From Phyllosticta citribraziliensis (lineage: Eukaryota), in NCBI RefSeq assembly GCF_038025025.1, contig NW_027117344.1, forward strand, positions 1,302,001 to 1,366,000: a stretch of 64,000 bases of DNA, given 5' to 3'. The notes beneath the pieces were generated by a model that did no database searches, was not told the DNA's origin, and was given only the letters and a program-made list of their open reading frames with translations. A program made the translations under genes and the position numbers. Shown piece after piece: positions 46,516 to 60,699 of the stretch (within the stretch, counting starts at the first letter, position 1; each line of letters starts with the position of its first letter).

Positions 46516-48059
46516 TTACAGCTCGTCTCTTCCTACCTCTGCTTCGGCCTCAGCCTTGCCCTCATCAACCAGGCCCCTCTTGACCATGCTGGTCACAATC
46601 TCATATGCCACCTGCGCCGCGGCCAGGGCCGTCGTCTCGCCCGCACCATCGTAGCTGGGGCTGACCTCGACAATGTCAGCGCCCACGACGTTGAGCCCCT
46701 CGACGCCCCTTAGGACGCGAATCAATTCGCGCGTCGTCCAGCCACCGGGCTCAGCCGTGCCAGTCCCCGGCGCCAGACCGGGATCGATGACGTCGATGTC
46801 GACCGAGAGGTACACGGGAACCTCGGTGCCAATCTTGGTCATGATGCGCTCAATGACGCCGGCGGTGCCTATGTCGTCAATGTCGTCGGCCTGGATGCGC
46901 GTCCAACCCTGCGCCGAGTCGTCGTCCCAGTCGGCCTCGTCGTCGCCGGCGAGCCGCGTGCGCAGGCCGGCGTGCACGCTGCTGCCGTTGGCCACGAGGC
47001 CCTCGACGCACGCGAGCCAGAACATGGAGCCGTGCGTAAAGTACGACTGCGGGAAACCCTCTGTCTCCTTCACCGAGGCAAAGTCTTCGGCCGGCGGTAT
47101 CCACGCCGAGGGGTACTTGGCTGGGTGCCAGGTGTCGAGGTGCGCGTCAAAGTGCAGGACGGCGATGGGCTGGCCGTACGTCGCCTTGAGCGCGCGCAGC
47201 GCCGGCAGCGCGATGCTGTGGTCGCCGCCCAGCGTGACCAGCTTGGACTTTTGTCGGTACGGGTGCGAGGACGTGGCGCCCCCCGCGACGCTGCTGTAGG
47301 TTCCCAGCATCGTGAAGGCTTCGCTCATTTGCCGCAGCGCGAGCGCGTTGTCGAATGGGGTCACGGGTATATCGCCGCAGTCCAGAATCTTGGCCCAGGA
47401 CGAGTACGGGTTGATGCGTCCTCGCGGGTTGTAGCCGCGGAATGTCGTCTGCCGCGCACTGCCTGCGCGTATGGCTCGTGGACCGAAGCGTGCGCCTGGC
47501 GAGCAGTCAGTATGTTGAAATTTGAGGTGGTAAAAATGGAAACGAGGCAAGTCTCGAAAGTGCCTGCCTGAAAAATGTTGTGGTGCAATCCACTGATGCT
47601 TTAGAAAGTGGTATATTTCTCTTCGCAGCTGGAAAGTGGGATTTTCCAGATGAGATATCCTGGAAAATGGGAAATGATGCTAGGAAGAGGAGATTGGACA
47701 AACAAGTCTGAAGATTGAGATGCTGAACAAAAGTTGGTCCGTCTTACCAGGCCGATAGCTAACAGACGTGTCAAACGGAGCGCCCAGAATGGCAATATCA
47801 AACTCGGTCTGTGGCTCCGTCAGACATCTGACGTGAGGCAGATGTGCAAACGTCGAAATGCCCGTAAAGCCATACTGCAGCGCGTCAATTCACCTAGTGA
47901 CATACTTTGGAGGTTTGGGGGAAAACCTACATCCGTACCCCACTTCTCCTTCAAAGTCTCTGGATCATAGGAAATATCAGAGTGAGCATGGGTGCCATGA
48001 GCAAAAGTCGAAAGCGGCAATGACGCTGCGACGCTCAGAGCAAGCAGCGCGGTGTGCAT
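46516..48059 (-). CDS. agmatinase / ureohydrolase (arginase family) with signal peptide (3 exons)
   Basis: [39 protein letters not shown] and SVDIDVIDP motifs. Introns 47875-47930 and 47496-47747. Confidence 0.94.
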
Positions 48060-50512
48060 GACTGCTTCTGCGCTCAATCGACGAATGAAGAGGTGGTGGT
48101 GGTGGTGGAGGCAACTCGAAAGGATTTCTCCAGAGAAAGAGCAGAGATCCTTTTTGAAAAAGTACTTAGGACGTCAGTACGAGGACCCCGCCAGGCGACG
48201 CGATGCGGTGATGCACGCGATCGATTAGTCAATGGCCTTATCAACTAGGGACAATCGGTCTGCTGCAAAGCCCCGCCGAAGCCGTCGGCGACCAATGGAT
48301 GGCAAACAGGACTCTTGTTCTACCGCACTCGAATGTCTGCCAATATCGTGCCATGTTGTCAGTTTTTGAGTGCAAAGAAGATAGGGTTCTGGAAAGTGAC
48401 GCCCTACGACTGACAGACAGCGCGGGGCAGACCCGACGGGCCCGCATCCCGATTCGGCATTGCTCGCCGTCCCACACCATCCTTCTTAACCAACTCATGT
48501 TCCTCGTCGCAGCATTTTGACATCTGTTGAACAAGAGATCAACACTAGTCCGTAGATGGAAATACTATTACTAAAGGGGTAAATCTAGTAAGGTCCTTAC
48601 TATGTATTTAGTAAGTCTATCCAGCCCCTTTAGGGGAAGTAATCCATTACATTCAACAACATCGCCATCTCTTATGATGCTGAAGCCATGATCGTCTGCT
48701 TCAGAAAATTTGACGTATTGTTCCCTTGCTTTGCCCAGACTGGATACCCCTGCCGTATGCGCTTCCATCGCGGCACGCATATCCGCCGTCTGAGCACTTT
48801 TGGTTTTGATACCAAGCCCTCCGTCGGGGCGGTTTGAGTGCCCTTGTCGATTGTACCGTTGAAGACTGCATAGATGAGTGTAGATACAGCTCGATCTTCG
48901 CTCTTGTATTGAACGTTGTCAACCCACAGTCAGCTTGGGCTGAAGCCTAATTTCTAAGCTCTTGGAGGTGATGTTGCCAGTCGTCTTAGCGATGACGATG
49001 GAGTCGCTACCAGTGTCTGAAATGTTGACTGCGCGACCTGTGCAATGGGTGTCCTTGTGCGCTCTCACGGCATGGCCTGAAAATTTGCCTATCTTGGAGA
49101 GCTTCAGGCGATCCAGGATATAGTCTCGAGCCTCGGGCATTGGGTCCTCTGCGATCTGCCTGCTCCACGCATTGTAGAGCTGCGAAGCATAAACAACGGT
49201 CATGGGTAGCGAGCGAGGAGGGTTGTTCTGTGCGAACTTCATGGTCGAACCACCTCCAGCTCTGTAGGAAGATTGAAAATCTTCTGTCTCGTTTTGCTTG
49301 TTGTGAACACAGCCTACCACAGGGGATGAAATCTCTCTGTTGAGGTGGTCTTCAGACTTCATTCTTGTTGACCACGTGGGAGGATGGGCAGAGAGTCCGA
49401 GAATTGAAGATGGGCATCTTGTTCTGACCGAATTGGCACCATTGCCTAACAAAAGTCAGTCACGCAAGCTCCCTTATGATACGTTAGGTTCTTATAATTC
49501 GCAGTTGAATGATTACCGTCTCTTTTCCTTCCCTGGCCACATTGATCATCGAAACTCTGTGCGAGAAGCGGACGCTACATTGGTGTGTTCAAAGCGGTGT
49601 TTTTGCGACACAAATGACGGCGTCTGGTCTGTCAGCATCTAAAAGGATGAAAAAACGCCAGCTTGGAGAATCGACGACAAGAATCAGTGACTCGGAAGTT
49701 TTCATGTTTGCATATGACTGAAGTCAACAAATTCGGGAGGGCTGCCTGCGCACTGAAGCCTTGCGCAGGACATACAAGAATAATCCGCGGCTGACTTTTG
49801 TCAGAGCGAGGGGCCGATTTCGACCTGTAATCAACGCTTCCTGTTGCGCAACGCGGAGGCAAAAAGCCAGCGGCCTTTCCGAGCCAAACATCTGCCGCTC
49901 CTTGGGAATTTCCCTTTTGGAGTACATGTAAGCAGCGTTTCGCCTTATTGTAGGCCGCCCAGCGTGATGCATAGCGGAGATGAACGCCTGCGGCTTGCGA
50001 CTTCATTGTAGCGTTGGAAATAGTCCTTTCTCCAGGGCTTGTGGGGCAGTTTGTGTCGCGCTGTTGAAGGTTAAAGATGAGAGCTTGTTTGGGGCAAAGG
50101 AATGGAGCCCACAGCCCGACCGACCGCACAACCTGACCTCAGACCTGGGAGACATGGTCCGTGCTTTACTCGGCTCGTGACTCCGTGGTGTCGCGATTCT
50201 GTTGCCTCGCGCGTCATCGACCCGACCTACACCCACACCACGACAAAGTTCATCGAGTCTTTTCTCAATCGTTGTCGGTTGAAACTCCTCCCTCCGTCAT
50301 TGAATCACCTATCGCGGCATTATTCGCATCTGCTGAGCACATCCTGATCGTCGTGAGTAAGCCAGCGCGCTCTCCGTTTCAATTCTCCGATCGCGCTTAC
50401 GATCCACCTATGATCCACCATTAATTGACGAGCGAGCCAGTTTTGAACCTCAAATTCCAGAATCTGGGCCTCCTTTCTTACTCAAGACTCGCAATACCAA
50501 CCAGCGCTCACA

Positions 50513-52011
50513 ATGCCCGAGATTGGCGAAGTTGCTCGCATTGTACATTTTCTCCGCCGGCACCTCGTCGGCCGCAGCATCCGCAACGTCCTGACACAGG
50601 AAGATGACATTGTATACGGAAAAGTTGGAACAAGCGCCTCTGCCTTCAAGTCCGCCTTGACCGGGAAAAAGGTCATTGGTGCCGGCCAGCAAGGAAAATA
50701 TTTTTGGCTGGTCATGTCATCTCCGCCACATCCGTTGATGCATTTCGGCATGAGCGGTTGGATGAAGTTTTCCAATGACGACACTGCATACTACAAGCCT
50801 GTTTCAAAAGAAGATGAGCCGGAGTGGCCGCCACGTTATTGGAAGTTTGAGCTCGAAATGGACGGAGATCCGGAATGCAAGGCGTCATTTGTGGACGCGA
50901 GACGATTGGGCAGAATCCGCCTGATCGATGGACCTGGGAAAGACTTGAGGAAGATGAGTCCCTTGAAAGAAAATGGGCCAGATCCCGTCATCGACAAGGA
51001 CATCGTCACGGTGGACTGGTTGACACAGAAGTTGAGAAGCAAGAGAGTGCCTGTCAAAGCGCTACTTCTCGACCAAGCCAATCTCTCTGGGGTCGGAAAC
51101 TGGGTGGCGTAAGTTCCCTTCGTTCTCCGTACGGTGGCTGTCGAAAGAGATCGCCATGGGTCTAGCTGTGGTGGAGGACCTTCACCTGGATAGAGTCGCG
51201 CTGCCACCAGGCATCATTTCTTTTGGCACCCACTGTGTTCGCGTACCATGATGAAGCTAATCTTGGACACAGTGACGAAGTTCTTTATCAAGCCCACCTT
51301 CATCCTGAGCAATATTCCAATACGTTCTCCGATTCCCAGGTTTCCGATCTCCACGCTGCTCTTATGCACGTCTGTGGAATTGCTTGCTCGACACTCGCCG
51401 ATTCGTCGAAATTCCCACAGAACTTTTTGATGAAACACCGTTGGGGAAAGGGCAAGAAGAATGGTAGCAAGTTACCAAATGGCGACAAAATCATTTTTCT
51501 CAAGGTTGGCGGCCGCACAAGCGCAGTGGTTCCAAGCGTCCAAAAGAAGACAGGCAAGGTCGCGGGCGATGTAGCGACCCCTGACCAGGAAGACGAGTCT
51601 AATGGAGACCTTGAAGAGGAGGACACAAAGCCGGCCAGGAGCAAGCGTGGAGCCACGAAGAAGGAACAAACTCAAGTCAAGGATGAGGCACCAGAAGATG
51701 ATGGCATCAAGAGGACAAGACGCTCGCGCACCTCAAGGACGAAAAAAGAGGATGCGAAGGGTGTCGAAGGTATGGACGAAGCGGATGAGGTAGAAGCCCC
51801 AAAACCAGCCAAGAAGACCGCGAAGCGAAAAGCACCTATGCCCAAGGAAGAACCTGCGGATGGCGACATGGAAGTTGCGAACACAACATCCAAGAAGCCC
51901 AAAAAAGGGACAGACGACAACTCAAATAAGAAGACAGGAAAGAAAGCGGCCGCACCAAAGCAAGTCAAAGAGACGGAAGGAGGCAGACGACGCTCTACGA
52001 GAAACAAATAA
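50513..52011 (+). CDS. fpg: formamidopyrimidine-DNA glycosylase (Fpg/Nei family, fungal zincless type)
   Basis: N-terminal MPE catalytic motif; GKYFW, HFGMSG, DARRLGRI and H2TH KALLLDQANLSGVGNWVA|DEVLY; Lys-rich tail. Intron 51109-51272. Confidence 0.94.
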
Positions 52012-54120
52012 GTCGAGCGAGACGCTTGACCAGGGAGGAGGTGTAGCTCTAGCCAGACTCAACGCGTCCCTTGGTGATCCGCATGGTGCACAACCGTATT
52101 CCAAGAAGATCTTACCCTCTTGCCAACGAGCTCCTTCTTTTCCGTCATATCGAGACTTACATTCTCCGGTTCTCCATATCCAGATTTCTTCAGACAGATT
52201 CAGGACTTCCGTGTTTCATCGAGCATGGATGCTGCTACGATCGCGCTTGATCCATGCGGCAAACAGTGTGGAGAGGTGGGGTTGCGAATCATGATCGTTC
52301 GCCAATTCTGCCTGGCGCAAGTTTCGAGAAGAATCGACATCTGCGGGGAGTAGTACACTGCAAGAATCTCCAACACGAATCGTTTTTGCCTACTTGCAAC
52401 CGTGCTAACAAGCCATTCCCTGCACGCGATAGCCTTGGTGACCCCGATGGATGATGTCAACGCAATGTAAGCTGCCCGTCATATTTCCTCGCAAAGCGTT
52501 GTCCTGCTCCGTGTTTTTTGGATTTCTATTCATCTCCCGGAGTCTGGAAAAAAAAAAAAAAATCCTTTTTCTTTCCAATGATATGCTCGACAGCTCCGAC
52601 ATGTGGCTACGAAAGATGGTTGCGTCCGTAAAATGGAGCAGAATGTTTTTAAGCCGACGTCTTACCAATCGGTCAGCACAGACGATGGACGGAAGCGGAG
52701 GGCTCTGCCCGTAGACCGAAACCCTGGGCTGAGGTCATGATCAACACATGGAGGTTGGACTTTGGAGTTGAAGGCCGGACGCGTGCCTGTGGATCACGCC
52801 CACAATTCTCAACTGAAACAGCGTCTTGCTAATCGATGAAAGAATGCCAACATCATCGAGACGAAAACATGCGGACCGAGGTCAGATTCCGCTCCGACGT
52901 TCCTGTGGCGACGCATGCGCTCGCGAGCACCGCTGGTGCACTGTTCAATATAACACGTGCCTCTACTAGGTCACCATGTCCGGCCTTGATCTCTGAGAGC
53001 AGGAAAGGAGCTTTTCCGTGAGCCCTGCATCATGACACCTGACGGCCTGACAGCTGTTGTCTGTCAAAAGGCCAAGCCGGGAACCGTGCCGAGCAGTTCG
53101 CCCGGGCGGGAGGGACCGTGGGACGAGACCGAGCTGACGACACTCTTGGCTGCTTACCAAGGCTTGGAGAGGCGCTCAACGACAAGTGTGACTGGGAAGC
53201 CTGAAGGGCACCTCCCTGCATTGCGGGCGGGCGTCAGCACTACTTCGCCTCGGGTGACGGGACTTGTGCACCGAAACCCCGTCGTGGTGTTAGTCCGAGG
53301 ATCTAGAGGAATGGACAGACAGGTGCGCCGCTTTATTGTCGAAGCCGTTGTGCCGTAGAGGGCGGGAGAGGGAGGGTATAAAGGAAAGGTGGACGAAGGT
53401 CTCGCCGCGTTTGCGACCAGCGCAAAGATATTCCCTGTCAGTGGCCAAAGAAAGCGACAGAAAACCAGATTTCGCCAAAGCTTGGTTCCACACCAGCCAC
53501 TAGCAGCCACAGTTCCACGCCTCGGCAGCCGCCATTGTCGTCGTCGGCTGTCCACTTCGGGAAAGTCGCATCGACTTGGCGAACTTTGAAGGTGAAGCTT
53601 GTTTGCCCCCTCGGCCTTGTTGTGGCGCGAATCCGCGAGAGGGATCCATCACGCCTTTTTTTTTTTTTTTTTTTTCGCCATCGTCATTGCTGAGCAAACA
53701 AGCTCTCGCTGTTGCATCTGTCAGGCGGCGCGGTCGCAAATAAAACACATTTTTGCCCAACGGAATTAGGGGTCTTGGGGTCTATATCCGCTTCCACCGC
53801 TTCGCACCTCTCCGCCCATCTCGCCCTCGGCCCGCCATTTCAAGACCCACAGAGCGGACGACAATCCAGGAGCCAGCTCCATCTGCCGACATAGCCGCTG
53901 CAAGCCGTTTTCTATAAGGAGCACCGACCATCCAACAGACTAGAATAATAAGCAAAGCCCAGCTTTTTGAAACTTCTCTCTTCTCCTCCCTTCCACAATT
54001 GGATTGCCTGCTCCCAGCTTTCCAATATCTTTACTTTGGTCGACCACTGCACTGTTTCTCGGCATTGGACCAATTGATCGCCTCTCTCTCCCGCTACCCC
54101 TGGAGAACACACCGCACACC

Positions 54121-56181
54121 ATGGACAACGTCGACAGCTATGTGGGAAGGGCAGAACAGGATGCCAGCCCTGACCGATTCCCTCCATCTCCCCAAGAGAA
54201 GTCGCACACGAAAAAACACGACCTCCCAGAGACGTTGGAGAGGACAGCAACCGCCTCCACTACGACGAGCAATTCCTCCACCGCTTCCTCCGTCCAACAT
54301 CAAGAAATTGGCATGTCCCGGATAGCAACAGCCCGAGAGACTGGCAACGAGCTCGAACGCAACCAAACGGCCCTCTCCCGCATCCAAACAGCCCGCTCCC
54401 AGCACAGCGCCACCGTTGGTGCTTCCATCAGGTCCCGCAAGTCCAACAAACCGCTTCCTGCATTTGGAGCCGGAAAGTCATATCCACCACCACTTCCAGA
54501 ACGGGAAGAATATGTTGTCGAATTCGAAGGCCCAGACGATCCCCTTCATGCCCAAAACTGGCCCCTCCGCAAGAAACTCCTGACAGGCACCATGTTGGGT
54601 TTCTTCACAATGATTGCCGCCTTTGGTAGCAGTATCTTCTCGGCCGCTACTTCGTCTGTCGCCCAAATCTACGGAGTCAGCAGCGAGGTTGGAATCTTGG
54701 GCGTGTCTTTGTATGTTCTGGGATTCGCCACGGGGCCTTTGATATGGGCGCCTTTGAGTGAACTGCGTAAGTTGAAGATTCACATTGTTCAAAGTCAATG
54801 CTGACGTGTTTGTAGGTGGAAGACGTCTTCCACTGGTGATTGCGAGCTTCGGTTTCTCCGTCTTCTTCATTGCTTGTGCCACGGCAAAGGACTTGCAAAC
54901 CATCATGATTACGAGATTCTTCTCCGGATTCTTTGGAGCTTGTCCGCTGACCGTCGTCGCGGCCGTCTTTTCCGACATGTTCGACAACCGTACGCGTGGT
55001 ATCGCCATTACCGTCTTCTCCATGACCGTGTTCTCGGGTCCTTTGCTCGCGCCCTTCATCGGTGGCTTCATCGTCATCTCATATCTTGGCTGGAGATGGA
55101 CTCAGTACATTGTCGCGTTCATGGGATTCCTGTCCTTCGGTCTCAACCTGCTTTTCCTCGAAGAAACGTACCCTCCCACCATTCTGGTCGCAAAGGCTTC
55201 AGAGCTGCGCAGACGGACGAAGAACTGGGGCATCCACGCCAAGCAGGAGGAAATTGAGGTCGACGTGCGGGAGCTGGTAGAAAAGAACTTCACCAGGCCT
55301 CTGCGCATGCTGGTCACGGAGCCCATTGTTCTGCTCATCACCATCTACATGGTTCGTTCTACTGGAAGCTCCACATGATGTTTCTCTGGCTAATCTTGCG
55401 TATTATAGGCCTTCGTCTACGGTATCCTCTACCTTTTCCTCGCCGCTTACCCCCTGGTCTTCCAGAAAGTCCACGGAATGAACCCTGGTGTTGGTGGCCT
55501 TCCCTACTTTGGCATGATCATCGGCGAAATGCTTGCAGGCCTCTTCATCGTCATCAGACAACCAGGATACCAGAGGAAGCTGGCAGCCAATGGTGGCTGG
55601 CCGATCCCTGAGTGGCGTCTCCCAGAAGTTATCATTGGAGGTGTCAGCTTTTCTGTAAGCGACTCTGATACCTTTATCATTCAAGGCATAAAGCTAATCA
55701 ATCACCAGATTGGACTTTTCTGGTTCGGATGGACCGGATACACTCGTGACATCCACTGGATCGTGCCGACGCTGAGTGGTCTCTGCTCCGGATTCGGCAT
55801 CATGAGCATTTTCTTGCAGAGTCTGAACTATCTTGTTGACGCATATCTTATGGTAAGCACACTGTCCAGGAGATTCAATCCTGTCCTGCCTGTACATGAG
55901 CTCGCCTAACACTCGCATAGTTTGCCGCCTCCGCTATTGCCGCCAACACGTTCCTCCGCTCCCTTGCCGGCGCCGGCTTCCCCCTTTTCGCGACATACAT
56001 GTTCAACGGTATGGGTATCCAATACGCCGGCACGCTGCTCGGCTGCGTCGCTGCCGTCCTCATCCCCGTGCCCGTACTCTTCTACCTCAAGGGCGCAAAG
56101 ATTCGCGAACGCAGCGCGTTTGCGCCTGTGGCGCCCGTTACTGAGAAGAGGGGTGGCAGCAGTGACGAGGAGGCCCAATAA
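54121..56181 (+). CDS. MFS drug:H+ antiporter, DHA1 family (TPO/FLR1-like)
   Basis: [34 protein letters not shown] and PEWRL motifs. Introns 54767-54815, 55351-55408, 55655-55708 and 55852-55920. Confidence 0.93.
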
Positions 56182-57011
56182 AGACCCGGGCGCTCAAAGA
56201 AAGATGAAGGATTAAGATTTTGTTTTTGCTTCTTGCGTACCGGAAATGAGCAATGCTCATGCATGCATCATCGAGCCATCGACACAAAAAGACACAGGCG
56301 TTTCACATCATTACTTTCAAGGAGTCCACCAGACGGGCGGTATTGGGCATGAGCCTCTACCACATCAAGAGACGGAGTACATTTGGACCACGGTCGGGTC
56401 ACCGCAATTGCAGCAAGGTGTCTGGCGTTGCGTCGTTTTCTACTTTTCCCTCGACTTCATCACCGGAACCCCTTTGTTTACTCATTTCCTTGTAATACCT
56501 TTTTGCTTCCTTTCCTTGCTGTAGATAGCCGCTCAGTGGCACGAGATACGGATGCGCGCCATGCATTGTTGCACGCATGCACGACCAACGCTGTCATGAA
56601 TACTACTATTAATGTTTTCTGAATTTGCATCGGCTTTGGAAGTTTGAGTATCTCTTGACTTCACTTAGATCAATTGCGATCCACTTTTATGTCCGCTGCT
56701 CTTCTATCTTTCGATGGCCAAAACAAACGGACGGGTCCACCATTTGCTACTACCACGAGTATCCTCCGATCAAAAGGGGAGAGAGCCGGTTGGCGTAACA
56801 CGTATTAAGCCCAGTAATCAAGCATGCTCTTTCGGAGCCATTGTATGCTCATCGCGCCCATCAACGCCATCCCACCATGCATCGGACCAGTTGCGTGGCC
56901 CTCTCGTCGCCAAACGCCTTCTTTTCGGGCTCAGCGCCCCGCGATGAACGCCTCGCCCACCTTGCAAAAGCACGCCAAGCTACCTGCGACTCCAGAACTT
57001 CACCACTGTGC

Positions 57012-58136
57012 TCAATTCTTCTTTGTTCCCTCGACGCGGCCCGCCCTGCCGGTCTGAATGATTTCACCCGTGTGCGGGTCGTCTGCGCGCAATACAGCCC
57101 AGCTCGTGCCATCCGCCTTTTCCAGCGTCAGCTCCAGCTTGGTGCCCATGACCTTGTAGGTGCTCTTCTCCGTGTCGATGGGGGCGAAGAGGGGCATGTC
57201 GGTCTTGTAGCGCTTGTTGTCCTGGGTGCGCAGGTCGAGCGAGACGGTCGTGGCAGAGCTGAAGGCAATGGTTGAGACGTCCTTGTTGATTTTCTTGAGG
57301 AATAGGGCAGCAATGACTTGAGAGGGGGTTTGGTAGAAGTCGGTCCTGCGAGATCGTACTTGTTAGTCTCTTGGGTTGTGTCTACGCCTTGTGGATGCGA
57401 GGGGGCCTACCTGACGCTCTCAACAATGTCCTCTTTACTTTCGTCCTTCTTTTGACCCACGAACAGGTGCTGATCCTTGGTCTTGCAGCCCTCAATCTTC
57501 ATGAATTCGTCGAATTCCAGCACGCGTCTCTTGCAGCAGCTCCAACCCTTGCTGCCCTCGTGGAAGATGGCGGCGCCCGGGTGGTGGACGCATTGCTCGC
57601 CTTCTCGGCCTTTGCTTGGGTCATATGTCGCATTGCAGCCCCGCCTCTTGCACTCCTGTCCCGCTTGTATCGGCAGCTCTGGGTCATCACTCTCGTCCTC
57701 TTCTGGCTTGGGCGACTGGGCTGGCGGAGGCGGCTGGGCTTGTCTGGTAGGGAGACGAATGGGTTCAGCGGCGGCTGTGGAAGCTGGGACTGGCTGGGGC
57801 GGTGCTTCGGCGGAGGGTGCAGGCTCAGGAGCTGGCGTGTCGTCGACGTCGGAGTGCTTCCCGGTGGTGCAAGGAGGAATGGTGAGGAACTCGTCAAAGG
57901 TCAGGACGCGGGGCTTGCAGCACTTCCAGCCTAGAGGGGTCGAGAGGTGTCAATGACGTTGGGACAGACATCAAGGTGGCGCGGGAGCATGTGTAAGGCT
58001 GAGCTGATCAAGACTGGGGCCGTTGCGCACCTTTGTGTCCCTCGTGGAATTCAGGCGGGCCGGGATGGTAGACGCATGGCTCGTTCTCGTCTTCGTAGAG
58101 CTTGCCGCAGCCTTTGTGAGCACACTTCTTAGCCAT
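57012..58136 (-). CDS. CHORD + CS domain Hsp90 co-chaperone (3 exons)
   Basis: Two CHORD domains (CAHKGCGK...YHPGPPEFHEGHKG|WKCC; CKRRGC...HHPGAAIFHEGSKGWSCC) and CS domain R|TDFYQT. Introns 57931-58030 and 57346-57410. Confidence 0.93.
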
Positions 58137-58402
58137 TTTCGAGTCTCTTTGGAGGCGAACGAGCGGAGGAGCAGTACTTGGCGGGGAAGAAGCTCACACG
58201 AGAAAGGTAAGCAGACGACGTGCCAGCTGGGAACGAGGACCCTGCACGCAGCTGAAGCTTCGAGAAAAGTCGCCCCAAGACCCAAGAGACCGCAACTCAT
58301 GGCGACGGCCGGGACAACCTCCTCACCGCCTTGCTCTCCGCCGCAGCCCCATCCTGCACCTCTCCACAGCCAACCCCAAACTCTTGCATCCATCACGTCG
58401 CC

Positions 58403-58787
58403 ATGAGACCAACGCCATTGCTGTTGCAGCGCATCTGTCGCCTCACCTTCTTCACTCGCCAGGGCTGCGCTCTGTGCGACAATGCGAGGCAGGTTCTCTC
58501 CAATGTCTGGGACAAGAGGCCTTTTCACTACACCGAGATCGACGTCATGAGCTCTGGGCAGCAAAAGTGGAAAGACGTGTACGAATTTGATACGCCCGTT
58601 GTATGACGCACGCAATCAAGAGCTTGGGGACACAAGCTCACGATGCGCCCTGCAGGTTCATGTTGAGAAGAATCCGGCAAAAGAGGGGCAAGAGACAACC
58701 ACAGCCGCCCGGAAATTGATGCATCGGTTCAAAGAAGAACAGGTCGAGGCTCTCATGGACGAGGCGGAAAAGGACCTCGGACAATGA
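58403..58787 (+). CDS. glutaredoxin-like protein (DUF836 type)
   Basis: LTFFTRQGCALCD (CxxC); WKDVYEFDTPV|VHV; KLMHRF. Intron 58601-58655. Confidence 0.88.
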
Positions 58788-59049
58788 GTGCCGTGCCGAC
58801 CAGTAGCGCCCTTTGACATGTTCTACCAAGCAGGAATGATAGCGGAACGGCTCGTTCGGCGGGAAGCTGGGGCGAACAACGACAAGCGTGGGGTACTGCC
58901 GCCGATCGCTTGCGGGGGCAAGCTGATGGATCCTAGAACTTGCCCGGCTGTGTTCAGGCTTGAAAACCTCTCAATTCCCTTCAAATTCCCTTCCTCGACT
59001 TTTGGCTGAGGCAGTTCATTCTCCGGATCTCTCGCGCAATTCAATCAAG

Positions 59050-60100
59050 ATGCAGGCAGCAAATCGTTTTCAAAAAGTCCTAACCAAGGGCGGTCCCTCG
59101 TTTGGAGGTTGGCAGGTAAACTCCAGCCAAGCTCCCGTTGATTGACGGCAATTCAAGTGACATGCTCTGACAGATGCTTCCTGGCACCAATCACTCGCGC
59201 GCCATTGCACGTTCCAACCTTGACTGGATTTGCGTCGACACTGAGCATGGTAACATTGATGGTACGAACTTGCTTCTGTCAAGTGACGTCCCTTTATTCA
59301 CACCGTTTCAGACAGCCAAATGCACGAATGTGTAGCTGCCATAGCGAGCTGTGGTGTCAGCCCGCTGGTCCGAATCGCTGCCAATGAGTCTTGGATGGTC
59401 AAAAGTCAGCTTGCTCCTTGCCCCTTTCAAGTCCACCCATCAACAAAAGTACAGGAGCTCTCGACGCTGGCGCCCACGGCGTCGTTGTACCCCTGCTATA
59501 TACCGCCGACGATGCCCGCAAACTGGTCTCATCTGCGAAATTCCCGCCTGTGGGGACTCGCGGCTTTGGATCCCCTTTCCCAATGCAGAACTTCGGCAAT
59601 CAGACAACAACCGAGTACCTCCAGCAGGCCAATGACGCCCTCGTGACCATTGCGCAGATCGAGACCAAGGAGGCCCTTGAAAATGTCAACGAGATTGCTG
59701 CGGTTCCGGGCATCGACGTGCTCCTGATTGGGCCCTTTGACTTGGGCAACAACATCGGACACCCCATTATTGACGGCCATATCGCTGAGGAGTTGACTTC
59801 AGCCATCGAACGGATTCACAAGGCTGCCGTTGAAAATGGCAAGAGGACTGGCATCTACTGCACTAGCGGAGAGGAAGCCAGAAAGTATGCGGACAAGGGC
59901 TTCCACATGGTGAGTCGACAACAATTGCTCAGCAAGTCACGCAAGCTAAGGGGTACTAGATGTCGATTTCTGCGGACATGATGGCCATTCCTGCTTTCTT
60001 CTCTGATGCTCTGAGTGCAGCCAAAGGTGGTTTGGCCCACCAAGCTTTGAATGTTGCAAAGGGTGCTGCGTCAAAAATCACCGGGCCATATGGACGATGA
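59050..60100 (+). CDS. HpcH/HpaI aldolase family protein (5 exons)
   Basis: WICVDTEHG, ALDAGAHGVVVP, GTRGFG, QIET and IGPFDL motifs. Introns near 59116-59173, 59262-59311, 59405-59454 and 59910-59959. Confidence 0.92.
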
Positions 60101-60699
60101 ACAGGTGAAGGACTTTCGACTATCAAAGTGAAGTCACTCAAGGAGCAAATGCCTGTGGCGTTGGAAGTAAGCAGCCGCCTGATCTTGTAGATAAGGTTCC
60201 ATTTGGAAATATCTCTTCTACGCGCACAACGACGACAATACGACCGTCTTGCCCTTTTGAACCCTTCAGCGTTTGCCATCAGTCTGCGAATTGAACTGAT
60301 AATCATCCTCCGGACCGACCCCGCTCGAACCAAAGAGTGGTCAAGCTGCAGCAACGTTTTCGTCCTCTCCTGAAATGGCTAGTGTAACACACGCAGGTTC
60401 GGAAGGTGCTGACTTGGGGGTACATGTAGCAGTCGCGCCCGCCGTCGTGTCGCTTTGTTTCCATCCTTCGAGCTCAACAGAGGGAAACAACCTGAGAGAA
60501 GCCGGCCCTGGAGACCAAGACAAAACTTCAATTCGAATCGCACTTGATTTGCGTCCCATCCTTTTCAGTCCGTTCCTAAGTTACGCAATTGCACTCGGTC
60601 TCGCCAGGTCTCAAGGACAATTCCAGCAGTCGCAGCTGCAGTTCTGGCCCAGCCGAGCGAAAACGAAAGAGCCGCGGGGGCAGTGACATACAGAGCTGT

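Noticed and set aside
51109..51272. snoRNA in the 164-nt Fpg intron
   Set aside because: ATGATGA lies next to the branch point with no downstream D box; hairpins are weak.
53032..53358. 108-aa ORF with Myb-like GPWDETELTTLL
   Set aside because: Only the first helix resembles Myb and later conserved aromatics are absent; probably promoter DNA of the MFS gene.
52547..53675. Poly-A (52547-52562) and poly-T (53656-53675) tracts as retro-element ends
   Set aside because: No target-site duplication or element body seen; such tracts are common in fungal intergenic DNA.
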